NCBI GenBank assembly: GCA_038087875.1
Contig: JAXLNO010001653.1
Location: 142-64,000 of the forward strand
Reading direction: 5' to 3'
Source of the DNA: Malacoraja senta
Taxonomy: Eukaryota
Length of the DNA: 63,859 nt
Shown here piece after piece: positions 1-13,883 of the stretch. The position numbers were made by a program, and so were the translations under genes. The notes under the pieces were generated by a model. It saw nothing but the letters and a program-made list of their open reading frames with translations. It made no database searches and was not told where the DNA came from. How positions within the stretch are numbered: the stretch's first letter is position 1; each line of letters opens with the position of its first letter.

Positions 1-288
1 CCAGCCCTTTCACTCCCTTCTCTGTCTTTCTCTATCTCCCATCCTCTCTCTCTCTCTCTCTCTCTCCAATCTAAACTAAACACAGTTAAAATTAACTTCC
101 CTCTCCTCTCCTCTCCTCCTCCTCTCCTCCCGTCCCCTCTCCTCTCCTCTCCTCTCCTCCCTTCTCCTCTCCTCTCCCCCTCTCTCTGCCCACCCTCTCT
201 CCTTTGCCTGGGCCTTTGAACTGGGCATGCACTTGCCCTGCCATGGGGGAGATGCCTGCTTATCCAGGCCCAGGCTCCGGGCCTAACA

Positions 289-480
289 ACTAGGCCAAGA
301 ACCAGGCTTCTGAGGCCAGGAACTCAAGACATAGACTCAAAGCCCAAGGACTAGGCCGGGAACGAGGCTTTGAGCCCCACAAATCTAGACACAGGCTCAA
401 AGCCTAAGAACTAGCCGAGAACCAGGCTTTTGAGCGCAGAAACTCAAGACACAGGCTTAAAGTTGAAGAACTAGGCCGAA
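289..480 (+). repeat. ~60-bp tandem repeat, about 3.2 copies
   Basis: ACTAG(G)CC recurs at 289, 350, 410 and 470 with conserved AACCAGGCTT...GAG...AAGAC...GGCT.AAAG. Confidence 0.8.
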
Positions 481-2711
481 TCAAATATGCCGTCATGCAC
501 TTGCCATGTTCTTCTCTGTTTTCATGTTCTACAATAACATTCTACAATACATGGATTAGCGTGGGGCCCCTATGCTCGTGGGCCCCGGGCAACTGCCCAG
601 CGTTCCCATGCGTTAAGATGGCCCTGCTCCTCCCACTCCTCACTCCCCTCCTCTCCTCTCCCCTCCCCTCTCATCTCCTCTATTCCCCTCTTCACTACTC
701 GCCTCCACTCTCCTCCCTCTCCCTCTCCCTCTCTTCTCCCCTCCCCTCAAATCCAGCACAAAGGTAATTGTAATATAGTGGAGGTGAGCGAATCTCCTCT
801 CCTCAATTCTCCTCTCCTCTCCTCTCCTCTCCCCTCCTCCCCTCATCTACTCCCAACATCTCCATTCTTTTCTTCCCCTCCCCTCCTCTATCCTCCCTTC
901 CCCCTCCCTTTCTCCCCGCCCCTCCAAACCAGCACCAAAGATAATTGTAATATGGTGGAGCTGAGAGATTGTCTCCTCTCCTCTCCCCTCCTCTCTTCTC
1001 TCCTCTCCGCTCCTCTCCTCTCCTCACCTCTCTTCACTACACTTCAATCCCCTCTTGTTCCTTCCTCTGCTCTCCTTTCCCCTCCTCCCCTTTCCCCACA
1101 ACTTCTCCCCTCTCCTCTTCCCCTCCTATACACCGTCCTCTCCACTCCTCTCTTATCCCCCCCATCTCCTCTCCTCTCCTCACCCCTCTCATCCCACTCC
1201 CCTTTTCCTCTCCTCTCCACTCATCTCCTCCTCTTTCCTTCCTCCCTCTCTCTCTCTTTCCCCTTCCCACAAATGCAGCACTAAAGATAACTGGAATATG
1301 GTGTAGGTGAGAGATTGTCAAATCCCTTCTCTCCTCCCCTCCGCTCTTCGCTCCCGTCCTCTCCACCTCTCCTCCACCCATCTCTTCTCTACCCGTCCCC
1401 TCTCCTCGCCTCCCCTCTCCACTCTGCCCCTTTCCTCTCCCCACCACCCTCCTCTGCTCTCCCCTCCAAACTCCCCTCCCTCACCATCCCTGCCCTCTCC
1501 TCCCCTCTCCTCATTCCTCCACTCACATATCCTCCTCTGTGCTCCCTTCTCCTCTCCTCTGCTACCAACTCCCCTCCTCTCCCCCCCCACCTTTCCCCTC
1601 TCCTCTCCTTCCCCTCCTCCTCTCTCCTGCTCTTTTCTCCTCTCATCATCCCCTCTCCTCTCTATTCTCTCCTCTCCCCATCTCTCCTATCCCCTCCCAT
1701 CCACCCCTCTCCTCTTCTCCTCTCCTCCACCCCGCTCCTCCTCCCCACTCCGCTCCCCTCCACTACTGTGCTGTCCTCTCCTCTACTCATCCCTCCCCCT
1801 CCCATCTCCCAACCCCCCCTAACCTCTCCTCTCCTATCCTGTCCTCTCTTCTCCTTCCCACAAATGGAGATGGTGGTGGCGAGAGATTATTCCCTTTAAT
1901 CTCCTCTGCCCCCATCCCCTCATTCCCTCCTCTCCTGTCCCCTCATTTGCTCCCCTCTCCTCTCCCTTCCCTCCACCTTCCTTCTCCTCCCTCATCTATT
2001 CCCCGCATATCCTCCCCTCCCATCCTCTCCCCTCTCCTCCCTACCCCTCTTCTATCCTCTCCCCTCCTCCCCTTTCTACACCCTTGCTCTCCTCTCCTCC
2101 TCCCCTCTCCTCTCCCCTACTCTCTCCCTCCCCTCAAATCCAGCACCAAAGATAATTGTAATATAGTGGAGGTGAGAGATTGTTCTCTCCTCTCCCTCCT
2201 CTCCTCTCCTCTCCCGCCCTCCCCACCCCTCGCCTCTCCCCTCATTCACTCATCTACTCCCCACATACCCTCTCTTTTCTTCCCCTCTCCTCTCCTCCCC
2301 TCCTCTTTGCTCCCTCTCCCACTCCCTCTCCCCTCACCTCTCCTCCTTTCTCCCCCGCCCGACCGCTCTTCTCTCCCCTCCCCTCTTCTCTCCGATTCTC
2401 CACCTCTCTCCTCCCCTCTCCACACCTCCATCCTCTTTGCTCCCTCTCCCTCTCCTCTCCCCTCCTCTCTCCTCCACCTCCCATCCCCTCGCCACTCCTC
2501 TCCTCTCCAGCTCTCCACCCCTTCTCTCCTCTTCACGCCTCTCCTCCCCTCCCCTCTCCCCTGCCCTCAAACCCAGCACCCAAAAAAATGCAAAATGGAT
2601 AGGTGTGAGATTGACTCCTCTTCATTCCCCATCCCCTCTCCTCTTCACCCTTCCCCTATTCTCTCCTCTCCTCCCACCTCTCTGCTCCCCTCAATCTCCC
2701 GCTCCCCTTCA

Positions 2712-2957
2712 TAGAAACATAGAAAATAGGTGCAGGAGTAGGCCATTCGGCCCTTTGAGCCTGCACCGCCATTCAATATGATCATGGCTGATCATCCAAC
2801 TCAGTATCCTGTATCTGCCTTCTCTCCATACCCCCTGATCCCTTTAGCCACAAGGGCCACATCTAACTCCCTCTTAAATATAGCCAATGAACTGGCCTCA
2901 ACTACCTTCTGTGGCAGAGAATTCCAGAGATTCACCACTCTCTGTGTAAAAAATGAT
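2712..2957 (-). mobile_element. CR1 LINE 3' end fragment
   Basis: Encodes FFTQRVVNLWNSLPQKVVEASSLAIFKRELDVALVAKGIRGYGEKA and ends in the family tail ...CCTATTTTCTATGTTTCTAT. Confidence 0.9.
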
Positions 2958-3984
2958 GTTCTCATTTCCCCTCTCATCTCTCCTCCTCTTCCTCTCTCCA
3001 CTACTCTCCTCCCCTCTCCCTCATTCTCTCTCCCCTCACTAGCACCAAAGATAATTGCAAAATGGACTAGGTGAGAGATTGTCTCCTCTCCTCTCCTCTC
3101 CTCTCTTCTCATCTCCTCCCCTCACATTTCCTCCACATACCCTCCACTCTCCCCTCCTTTCCTCACCTCCCTTTCCTCTCCTCTCGTCTCCTCCCTGCTT
3201 CTCTTGTAAATCCTGGCCAAAATAGAGCCAAAATAAAGCAGAGGATTCATGCATTCAAAAGACCTTTTAGCCATTTGTGTATAAGAAGCCACAGGCTGCT
3301 AGCTGGTGCCGGGCAGTCCAGGTTCCAGATCGGTAGCTCAGATAAGGAAGGTCCAAGTATCTTTGTAATTGTTAGTATGTATGAGAATCTTGCAGAGGAA
3401 CTCCAAGGTATTGTAAATGTATGAATTTGATTGGATTGCTGCAAAGGGATTGTAAATAATGTAAATAATGTTACAAGACAGTTACTCTGCTGTTTGTTGA
3501 TTGAGTGTTAAAACCTGGCAGAATTGTTTTGTGTTCCAGGGTAAATGTCCTCACCAAAGAAACTAGAGTAGTATCTTCACCAAAGATACTAGAGTAGTAT
3601 CTTTGGTCCTCACTGCCCTGCATCTCTCCCCCTTCCGTTCAAATCCAGCACCAAAGATAACTAATATAGTGGAGGCGAGAGATTGTTCTCTCCTCTCCTC
3701 TCCCCCCTCCCTTCCCCTCGCCTCTCTCCTCATCCCCTCATCTATTCCCCACATCTCCTCTTTTCTTCCCCTCTCTTCCTCTCCTCTCCTCCCCTCCTCT
3801 GCTCCCTCTCCTCTCCCCATCACCTCTCCTCTCGTCTCTCCTCTCCCCTCACCTCACCTCCTCCCCTCCACTCTTCTCTCCCCTCCCCATTTCTATCCTC
3901 CTCTCCTCTCCTCTCTCCACCCCTCTCCACTGCCCTCCTTCCCGCTGTTCTCCACCCCATCTCTCTTCTCCTCGGCTCTCTTCT

Positions 3985-5330
3985 AAGGAAGTGGTTCTAG
4001 AAATCGTGGATGCATTGGTGATAATTTTCCAATGTTCTATAGATTCAGGATCAGTTCCTGTGGATTGGAGGGTAGCTAATGGTATCCCATTTTTTAAGAA
4101 AGGCAGGACAGAGAAAACAGGGAATAATATAACCATATAACCATATAACCATAACAGCACGGAAACAGGCCATCTCGGCCCTTCAAGTCCGTGCCGAACA
4201 TTAATTTTTTTTTTTAAATTAAAAATAAAATACTTCCCCCTAGTCCCATCTACCTGCACTCAGACCATAACCCTCCATTCCTTTCCCGTCCATATACCCA
4301 TCCAATCTATTTTTAAAGGATAACATCGAACCTGCCTCCACCACTTCCACTGGAAGCTCATTCCACACAGCTACCACTCTCTGAGGAGGGAGGAGAGATA
4401 GACCAGTTAGTGGTGGGGAAGATGCTGGAGTCAATTATAAAAGATGAAATAGCGGCACATTTGGATAGCAGTAACAGGATTGGTCCGAGTCAGCATGGAT
4501 TTACGAAGGGGAAATCATGCTTGACTAAACTTCTGCAATTTTTTGAGGATTTAACTACGAAAATCGACAATGGAGAGTCAGTGGATGTAGTGTACCTGGA
4601 CTTTAAGAAAACATTTGATAAGGTCCCAAATAGGAGATTATTGGGCAAAATTAGGGCACATGGTATTGAGGGTAGAGTGCTGACATGGATAGAAAATTGG
4701 CTGGCAGACAGGAAACAAAAAGGAGGGATTAACGGGTCCCTTTCAGAATGGCAGGCAGTGACTAGTGGGGTACCACAAGGCTCGGTGCTGGGACCGCAGC
4801 TATTTACAATATACATCAATGATTTAGATGAAGGGATTCAAAGTAACATCAGCAAATTTACTGTGAGGACGATGCTGTGAGAATGCAGTGTGATGTGGAC
4901 AGGTTGTGTGAGTGGGCATATGCTTGGCAGACGCAGTTTAATGTCGATAAATGTGAGGTTATCCACTTTGGTAACAAAAACAGGAAGGCAGATTACTATC
5001 TAAATGGCGTCACGTTGGGAAAAGAGGGAGTACAATGGGATCTGGGGGTCCTTGTTCATAGGTCAATGAAAGTAAGCATGCAGGTACAGCAGGCAGTGAA
5101 GAAAGCGAATGGCATGTTGGTCTTTATAACAAGAGGAGCTGAGTATAGGAGCAAAGAAGTCCTTCTGCAGTTGTACAGGGCCCTAGTGAGACCACACCTG
5201 GAGTATTGTGCACAGTTTTGGTCCCCTAATTTGAGGAAGGACATTCTTGCTATTGAGGGAGTGCAGCGTAGGTTTACAAGGTTTATTCCCGGGAAGGCGG
5301 GACTGACATATGCTGAGAGAATGGACCGGC
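3985..5330 (+). mobile_element. Degenerate CR1 LINE RT fragment, interrupted by a reversed LINE/SINE tail at ~4135-4385
   Basis: ORFs 4410-4880 and 4877- encode QHGFTKGKSCLT, VYLDF, SGVPQGSVLGP and RPHLEYCAQFWSP, with frameshifts. Confidence 0.85.
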
Positions 5331-5640
5331 TGAGTGATAAATGTCAGCATCTAGAGGCTAACCTAGCACATACTTTTGTAAACTGTATAAAAATCAAAAA
5401 TTTCTGCATTGATATTTTTAGAATAATTTCTGAAGTTATTAATACTAAATTAGATCCCGATTCAAAACTAATAATACTTGGCATAACAGAACAAAGTCTA
5501 ACACTCACAACAAACCAAAGAGACTTTCTTGACTACAGTATAATAACTGGGAAAAAATTAATACTGACATTTTGGAAAGGCCCTATAACCCCCACAATTG
5601 AAATGTGGATTATGGAAATGTCGGAGACCCTATGTAGATC
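5331..5640 (+). mobile_element. L1-clade LINE ORF2 C-terminal fragment
   Basis: DKCQHLEANLAHTF...LDPDSKLIILGI...KKLILTFWKGP; near-identical to 35090-35400. Confidence 0.75.
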
Positions 5641-6789
5641 AGTGCATGCTCCTTTAACAAAGTGACCTCACCACTACTAACCACTCCCCATTATCTTCAG
5701 TATAATTGTAGCCTCCCCACCCCCAGCTCTCTCTCTAGCTCCGGTGACGGACCACGAACAGCTTGGGCACTATGTGTGTGTATGATTACTATGTCTGCAA
5801 TAAACTAGTAATGAAGACTTCACGTGTCTGACAAGTCTTTACATGGTGTCACAAAGTCCAAGCTTGCGTCTCCTGTCTATCGTTTTTTTTTGTTGTTTTC
5901 TCCCAGTTTTTCTTTTCCAACCCTTTATTTACCATGGCCAACTCGTGTCGTAAGCCTGACATGCTGGTGTTTGACTCCGACTGAAGACCTCCTGGCGCCT
6001 GTACAATATTCTGTCGGCGTGGGGCGTTTTGGCATTTGCAATACTGAGGATCAGGACATATTTCCAAATCAGAATGGCGGTCAATTTGGATCTTGATCTG
6101 CAGGTGCTATTTTTACACGGTAGATTTCAAAGGGAGAATAGCACTAATTGCCCGCTTGGAAAGCGAAAGGGTGTTGATTCCACCGTCCAGAGGAAAATTA
6201 TTATAATTTCCCATTCAGTGGCCAAATGTAACACCAGTCCAAATGAGTCTTTTCTTCCCAGGACATAAACACTTACAGCTTCCAAGTTCGCGCGAGTCCC
6301 ACTGTGTGGTCAAAAGGCTGGTGATTCAATTATTATTTGAACAGAGATTGATGGAGGAGGAGTTAGCTTGGTAAAGTTATTGAGTGTTAAGGCAGTTTAC
6401 ATCTTGCTACAATACTACACCTGCAAACAACTTTGCTGACATTCACACATTTCCTAAACATGGAAGTCATATCTATACCAAAATCCTTGATTTAAATCAG
6501 TTCATACAAACAAAAATTAAGGGCAGCTTCGCAGCAGCCGAACAGATGCCTCGCAGCGTCTGAGACGCGGGTTTGATCCCGACTGCGGATGCTATCTGTG
6601 TGAACGTCGTAGGTTCACACTGACTGCGTGGGTTTTCTCCGGGCGCTGGTCTCCACCCACATTCCAAACTCGTGCAGGTTTATAGGTTAATTGCCCCTAG
6701 TAAGATGTGTAAGGTGCCAAGGTGGGATTAAGTCATCGAATCACACTTCGGTGAAACGGGCTTTTCGGCACAGCATGCCCCATCTACAT

Positions 6790-7140
6790 TATTCCCAACT
6801 CCCCACGCTTGGCTCATAACCCGCTAAACCTATCATATGCATGTACCTGTCCAATTGTCTGTTTATTGTTATGATAGTACCTGTCTCAACCTCCTCCTCT
6901 GGCAGCCCGTTCCATATACCCACCACTCTTTGTGTAAAATATTTACCCCCCAGGTTCCTATTAAATCTCGCCACTCACCCCCTCTCACTGTAAACCTATA
7001 CCCTCTGGTTCTCGAGTCCCCTATTGTGAGCAAAAAACTCATGCGCATTTACCTGATTGATTGCTCTCATAATTTTGTAAACCTCTTTCAGATCACCCCA
7101 TCCTCCTGCACTCTAAGGAATGAAATCAGAGCCTTCTCAA
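6790..7140 (-). mobile_element. Old CR1-type 3' fragment
   Basis: Encodes FTQRVVGIWNGLPEEEVETGTI, the CR1 C-terminal motif. Confidence 0.65.
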
Positions 7141-10100
7141 CCTCACCCTCCCTGAACATAGACTCAGTGACTTGCAGAACAGTTCAGCATAGGAACAGGC
7201 CCTTGGGCCCACACCTTCTGTTCTGAACGTGATGACAAGTTGAACTAATCTCCTCCACCAACACATGTTCCATATCCCTCCTTTCCCTGCATATCTATGC
7301 CTTTCAAAAGACTTCAAATGCCACTATCAAGTCTCCTTGTAAATCTTCTCTGGACTCTTTCCAGCTGGTGTGTTAAAAACAAAGTGCATGAAGAATTCAG
7401 TGTGTCAGGCAGCATCTGTGGTGGGAATCGACTGACAACGTTTTGAAGTCACCAGTCTGAACAAGAGTTCCAGCCTGAAATGTCGGTGGTTCATTCCATC
7501 CCACAGATGTTGCCTGACCCACTGTGTTCCTCCAACAGTTTTGCTCAACGATCCAATATCTGCAGTTTCTAGTATCCCCAGATATCTGTTAACTGTTACC
7601 ATTCATTTGCCCTATTTTATTACATTTTGTATTACATTTCTGTTAAATTATGTTGCAGTCTTGGAAATGTTTTCACCTCAGCTGCGAACCTGCATTCCTA
7701 GTGTACATTGCTACTTTAATCATGCTAAATTATGATCACTGCCATCAAAACACCTCATCACTCCCACTACAATACTACTCCCATCTTGCAGCCAAGCAAT
7801 ACCCACCATTTTCTATACAGTCGCCTTAATACGATTTCTTAAATTAATTTGAGAACATCTGCACTCTGCTTCAGTGACAGATAATATTAAGTGTAAATTC
7901 ACAACTATTTATTGTTCTGGGGTGGGTTATTTTGCACCATATAAACAGGCCAAATATTTATCCTTCCGTATCCCTAAGTTTATTTGATATACAATGATAA
8001 ATACAAATCAATGGATCATTTAAATGTTTACTGTGCTGATGGAGACCATTCATCCTATCAGGCCAATGCCACCTCTCTACTGGAGAAAATCACTTGTTCA
8101 ACCCCAGCCCTTCGACTGTAGTTTTGCATGTTTTTGCTCACAATTAGTTTATCCAATTCTCTCTTTGTGATGAAACATAAATAGGATTCGGATCAATGAA
8201 CGGAGAAAGAAAATTTCAGGGGTACAAATGACTATCTTTATTACATCAAAATACAAGATAAAGCGTTAAAAAAGAAATGAATCTCATGGCTTTCAGCTCA
8301 ATGTGTTAAATGATAGAAGCCGTGGCAAATACCATCAAGTCTCACAGTCTTCTGCCCATTGGAGACTCCTATTTATGATGGCTGGTATAGAGATCTGGCA
8401 GGCCCAGCCACTGTACTTCAAAAGTTCTGCATTAAATCAAGCACCGAGCTATTCTTGCATGTCTCGGAGAAAAGAAAGGTTTAACTTATCCTTTAGCTGC
8501 ACTGTAAATATCCTTGTAGGCTCCTCCATAATTTCCCAGTTATTCTAAGCGAGCCCTCAATCATCTAATTGTTTCCCAAAGCCAGCCTACTTGCTTACCA
8601 TAAAGTGCAGTTTGCAGAAAATGTCATCATAGGTGAAAACCCTGTTTACCTTTTCCAATGCACTAAGGGCATAATTGAGCCAATTACACAACATCTACGT
8701 GCCGTACACTTGAAATTCCAAACGCACGTTGCATAGAATTCCTTGTCCACTCTCAAACCCTCCAGCAAAGTGAGCAGCCTCCCTATCCATTCTTCCCATC
8801 AAAGATTGATAATTTTCCAGAGCTCCAAGAACTTAATATGTGATTCACCACCCTCTGACTCTAGAGATTCCTCCTTATCCCTTTCTAAAGATACATCATG
8901 TTATTCTGAGAAATGTACTTGCCAAGACCATGGCATCTGCAGTTTTAGTCTCCTGATCTTAGGAAGAATGTTCTTGTTATGGAGGGAGTGCTGTGAAGGC
9001 TCATCAGATTTCAGGTATGGGAGGACTAATGTATGAAGGGCGATTTGGGCGATTAGTTTTACATTGTGATTAGAACCATTCAAAATCAACTACAACATTC
9101 TTATGGGTCTGTACAGATTGAAGAGAGTCAAGAGTGTTTTATTGTCATATGTCCCAGATAATATAATGAAATTCTTACTTGCTGCAGCACAACGGAATAT
9201 GTAAACATAGTACACTGTAAACAATATGAAAAGCGAGGGAGAGAAAAAAAATCAGTGTGCATATATATACACATACTCACAGGTACACACACACACACAC
9301 ACACATATATATGTGTATATATGTACGTATACATGTATTCAAGAGGGAAATCCGGTCAGTTCAGGGCCCAGTGGTCAAAATCTGATGGTCAGGCTTCAAG
9401 TTGAGATGAAGAGCGATTACTTCTCCCACAGAATGATGAAGGTGTGGAATGTTATGCCACTGGAAGCAGTTGAACACAGAACATTGAATTTATACAAGGA
9501 GTTATATGTTATTTGTATGGTCAAAGGATCAGAGAAATAAAAGGAACAAGGTATAAATTTTAGGTCACAATTGATCACATGGAATAATAGTTGAGGCTCA
9601 AATGCCTGAATTCCTATTACTTTTATATTCTGCATTTCAACATTTTTGTATTTATCGTGGCCACATTTCCTCTGCATCGAAGAACATGATAACTGGGATT
9701 CTTAAAAGGAACCGAGACCCTGGTGCCAATGCCTTTTTGCAGATGCATACATTGGTTTGGTGTTCACAAAGCAAGGACAAATCAGAAATAATTTTCTGAA
9801 CACGCCATCCATTGCTATTTCAATGTGCTTACCCAAGATACAAAAAAAGAATACTATATTAATCTATATTAAAAAATGTTTGGATAAAATAAACAAAACA
9901 CAGTCATCGAATGTCCCTGGGTAAGTCATCCACCCCCTGCCCTCCACCCCTTTGAGAAGTGGCTGAAGGGAGATATTAAAATACATAAAGCTTTTAAATG
10001 AATCACTATGGTGAAAACATTTCCACCATAAAATCCAGCAGGGAATTCGACAGAGAATGCTCCCTCTCCTTCCCTCCCACCCAATACAGGTGAGAATGAG

Positions 10101-10979
10101 GATCCAGATCAATAAATTGCATTTACGGGAAGGCTGGGCAAGCACAAAAGAGAAAAGAACAGTCGGTTCTACATTGGAGAATCCAGCATAGACTTGCCAA
10201 CCATGTTGCAGATCGCATAAGGTGGGAAGAGGGTCATGTGGACTATATGCAACAGTATTGGCAGGATCGGCAGAGTGGCCTGTTCCTACACACTTGTCTC
10301 CACTACAACCTTGTATTACTTTGACTGCCAATTCATTTTTGATCATTTTGTTCCCATTCATTCTTTACAAAATACAAAATCAACTTTGACGTAAGATTTT
10401 CTTAACAACAATTTAATTTTGCGCCTTGCATATTATATCTTTCATATTATATCTTGCAGATTCCATATATCTTGCCTTTACTTCGCAACATGAAGCCACT
10501 ATAGAACAAGGTGCAATCCAATGTGTTTACTTGGATTTCATGCCAATCTATTTCCAAAAATCTTATACTCAATAGTCCATTCATCAAGCACATTCTACAG
10601 GCAACTATTATTAGGTGAAATCTCAAGAGCAGAACTTGTACCAAATGAGCCACATAAAATGTACTTGATCTCTGTACCACCAGTCACCGTGGATAATTTT
10701 ATATTCTTATGGATGATAAATTCTTTGCATTAGATTAGAAATGTACAAAGTACAAACAATCAAGACTTTTGACATCATCAAATAACCAAGCGTTATGTAA
10801 CAACATTTATTGGTGCTGTGTCTCAGACTAAATGCAGTGTTAAAACAACATATATTCTATCCAATAATGACTGTAGCTAATGGAATCTGCAACTAAAAGC
10901 AACTAATGGAATCTGCAACTGAAAGCATTCAATGGCTCAAGCAAAATTATTGGGACAAATGGTTGATGTCACAAATAAG

Positions 10980-11410
10980 GTCAAGAACCTGCACCAGATC
11001 TGTTAGGGAAGAGGATGGATTGCCAATATATAGCAATCAGGGAGGAATAGGACAGAGGCTGGTAGATCAAACGTAGAACCAGGTGGGAAGAGGATAATGG
11101 GTAGATGGAAACAGGTAGGAGAGGAGGAGGAAGAGGTGAAGAACAGGAGAATAAACTGTTCAAATGAGACAGAGGTTCACTTGCACCACTTTCAACTTTC
11201 TATACTGCAATCATAGCTCACGCTGTGGAGAAACTAGCTTAGATGTCAACCATTTTGTAGAGCACACCCCTTTGAAGTAAAGATCATCCTGAGATCTGTT
11301 GTATGGTATTTTAATACCCCTTCCCACTCTCACACTGACCCATCTGTCGTTAACCTTGGGCACAGAAAGTTTTAAGTAAAATATCTGATAATCCACCTGG
11401 GTAACTTACA
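10980..11410 (-). mobile_element. Degenerate Penelope-like (GIY-YIG) fragment
   Basis: Nucleotide similarity to the better-preserved copies at 37480-38285 and 58190-59245 (agaggttcacttgcacc, tctacgtttgatctaccagcctctgtcc). Confidence 0.55.
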
Positions 11411-13883
11411 AGCCGATGGTATGAATATAAAGTTTTCACATTTCAGCTTATCCATACCACTGGTGTTCATTTGTTCTCCCAGCTGATTCCACCTGCCACT
11501 TACCAGCCTCTGCCCCATTCCTCCTTCAAACTGTTAGAATCTTCCCATCCTCTCCTTCAATTCTAATGCAGTGCCTTGACTTGAAATGTTGGTATATGTC
11601 ATTTGCCTCCACAGATGCTGTTTGACCAAGTACTTCCACTTTAACAGAGGTGCCGGATCGGTGCTCAGGTGAGCTCCGGCAGCACTGCACCCCTGGGTTT
11701 AAAGTGAGGAGGATGATTTAGTAGGAACCTGAGAGGCAACCTTTTCTACTAAGAGGTTACTGGGTGTATGGAATGAGCTGCCAGCGAAGGCAGAATCACA
11801 ACATTGAAAAGACACTTGGACAGGTACATGGATAGAACATGTTGAGAGGAAAGTGGGCCAAACGCTGGCAAATGTGACTAACCTAAATGTAGCATCTTGT
11901 TCAGCTTGGAGCATTAGGCTGAACTACCTGCTTCCATGCTATATGGCTCTATGACTCTTTGTTAGATGAACATAAACATGGCAATTGGAGTTTAATGATG
12001 GAAAATATGTGCTCACACACTCTGGTAAGAGCAATTCAAAGGAAGCTATTATCTAAATGGAGTGAGATGGCAAATGAGTGGAGTACAAGAGATTCAAGTG
12101 TTTAAAGTGCAAAACAAAAAGCCAGCAGGTAGATGCAGCACACAACTCAGAAGGTAATTAGCATTCAAAGGTAGGTTACTATTGTAATTATGGTACATGA
12201 TGTTGCTAAGGACAAACCAGGAGCACTGTGCACAGCTTGGTCCTCAAATTTAAGAAAGGATATATTAATATTGGATATCAGCTAGAAGAGATTTCTGGAA
12301 TAAGCAAGTGTTGCCTAACCATGAATGGCTGAAATCACTGGTTCTGTGTCCCTTGGAGATGACAAGAAACAGAGTTAACCTTATGAATGTATTAAAGAGG
12401 CATGATGTGGTGGTGAATTGATGGATAATGCGTGGATATATTCTAAAAGACCAGGGAATTGTGTCTTATGTGGAATAAGCACAGTAAAGGAGTTGAGGCC
12501 TCAGGCATATCAGCTGTTATCAACATAAATTGCTAGATAGCTCTAATTTGTACAAATGCAGGGCAGACTATTGAGAATTTCTGTCATGTTTGATAAACTT
12601 AATTTAACTCTTTCCATTTATTTCAGTTCCTGCATTTTAATCACATCCATGAAATCATTCTACTCAGCGATTGGTTAGCAGTGCACGTTCTGCTTTGGTT
12701 GAATATTTTGATAATCTGAGGAGGGAAATTAAATATTAGACAACAAAGAAATGGCATAGCAGAGAACAGAACTCAGAAAGATGCAACTAGTTTATTCACT
12801 TTAACTGTTGATTCATCCCACATAACATCTTCCTTCCAGATATAAAGGCACAGCGCCAGACACCTGGGTTTGATCCTGACCACGGGTGATGTCTGTAACG
12901 AATTTGTACCTTCTCCCTGTGATTGCATAGGTTTTCTCCAGCTGCTCCAGTTTCCTCCCACATTCCAAAGACAGATGTGCAGGTTTGTAGGTTAATTGAC
13001 TTGTGTCCCTAGCTTATGTGGGTGATCATTGGTTGGTGCGGACTCAGTGGGGCTGAAGTGTCTGTTTCAATGCTCTCTCTCTAAACTAAACAAAAAACTC
13101 AATACTCCTTCAAATAGTTTCGTTCACACAAGTTCTATGTTATCTAACTTTCGCTTCCACACTAGGATCAAATTACAGAGACCAATTAACCCACAAAACT
13201 GGCATCTTTAGTATGTGTGTGAAAACTGGAGGACAGTGGAAACCCATGCGGTCATAGGGAATACATGCAAACTTCACACAGCCGACAAGCGAGGTTATGA
13301 TTGAACTGATGTCTATGACGCACTGAGGCAGCAGCTCTATCAGCAGCGCCACTCTGCCTCAGGTTACGTCATGTTCAGCACAAACGTTGTTGGACAAAGG
13401 ACCTGTTCCTCTATTACAGGGGCATTCCCATTCACCGTAAAATTCAGCGAACTCAGCACCATTGGGTCACTGGAAATATTCCCTGCCTGACCATCAGATC
13501 CCTCCAGATGAGTCGGACAGACACCAGTTAGGCAGCATCTGCCTGCAAATGATTCATGTCCCTCAAACCCCTGCATCTCCATGCACCCACGAAGGTGCAC
13601 CCCAGACGCCACCATCCCTGGCAGTGCTTTCCAGGCACACACCACATAGTATGTAATAAAAACTTGCCCTTTTAAAAAAACTGCAGCTTCTACCCTGCAC
13701 TGAATATAATGCAATAAGTTAAATGCCATAGTAGGCATTTAGTTAATTGGGATAATTTTAGTCAATTTGGAGGTGTGATTGCAAATCTTGTACAATATCA
13801 TAAACCAAGTAAAATGTGACAAAGTCAAAATGGCCGGGCACAAAGAACAGAATAATCATGAACATCAATAACATGTCAATAAC

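Larger units (their letters stand above)
1..3985. repeat. Polypyrimidine (CCTCT/CTC-rich) complex satellite with a recurring ~50-bp core
   Basis: Long C/T tracts interrupted about 8 times by variants of CAAATCCAGCACCAAAGATAATTGTAATATAGTGGAGGTGAGAGATTGT (~748, 925, 1270, 1861 partial, 2135, 2568, 3040, 3640). Also interrupted by other inserts. Confidence 0.9.

Noticed and set aside
740-3700. CRISPR-like repeat/spacer architecture
   Set aside because: Vertebrate DNA, degenerate repeats, low-complexity spacers of very variable length, no cas genes.
495-4000. Many Pro/Ser/Leu- and Gly/Glu/Arg-rich ORFs up to 391 aa
   Set aside because: Artifacts of stop-poor polypyrimidine satellite, open in several frames on both strands.
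9864-10361. 165-aa ORF in unique sequence
   Set aside because: No recognisable motif or convincing splice context; consistent with chance.
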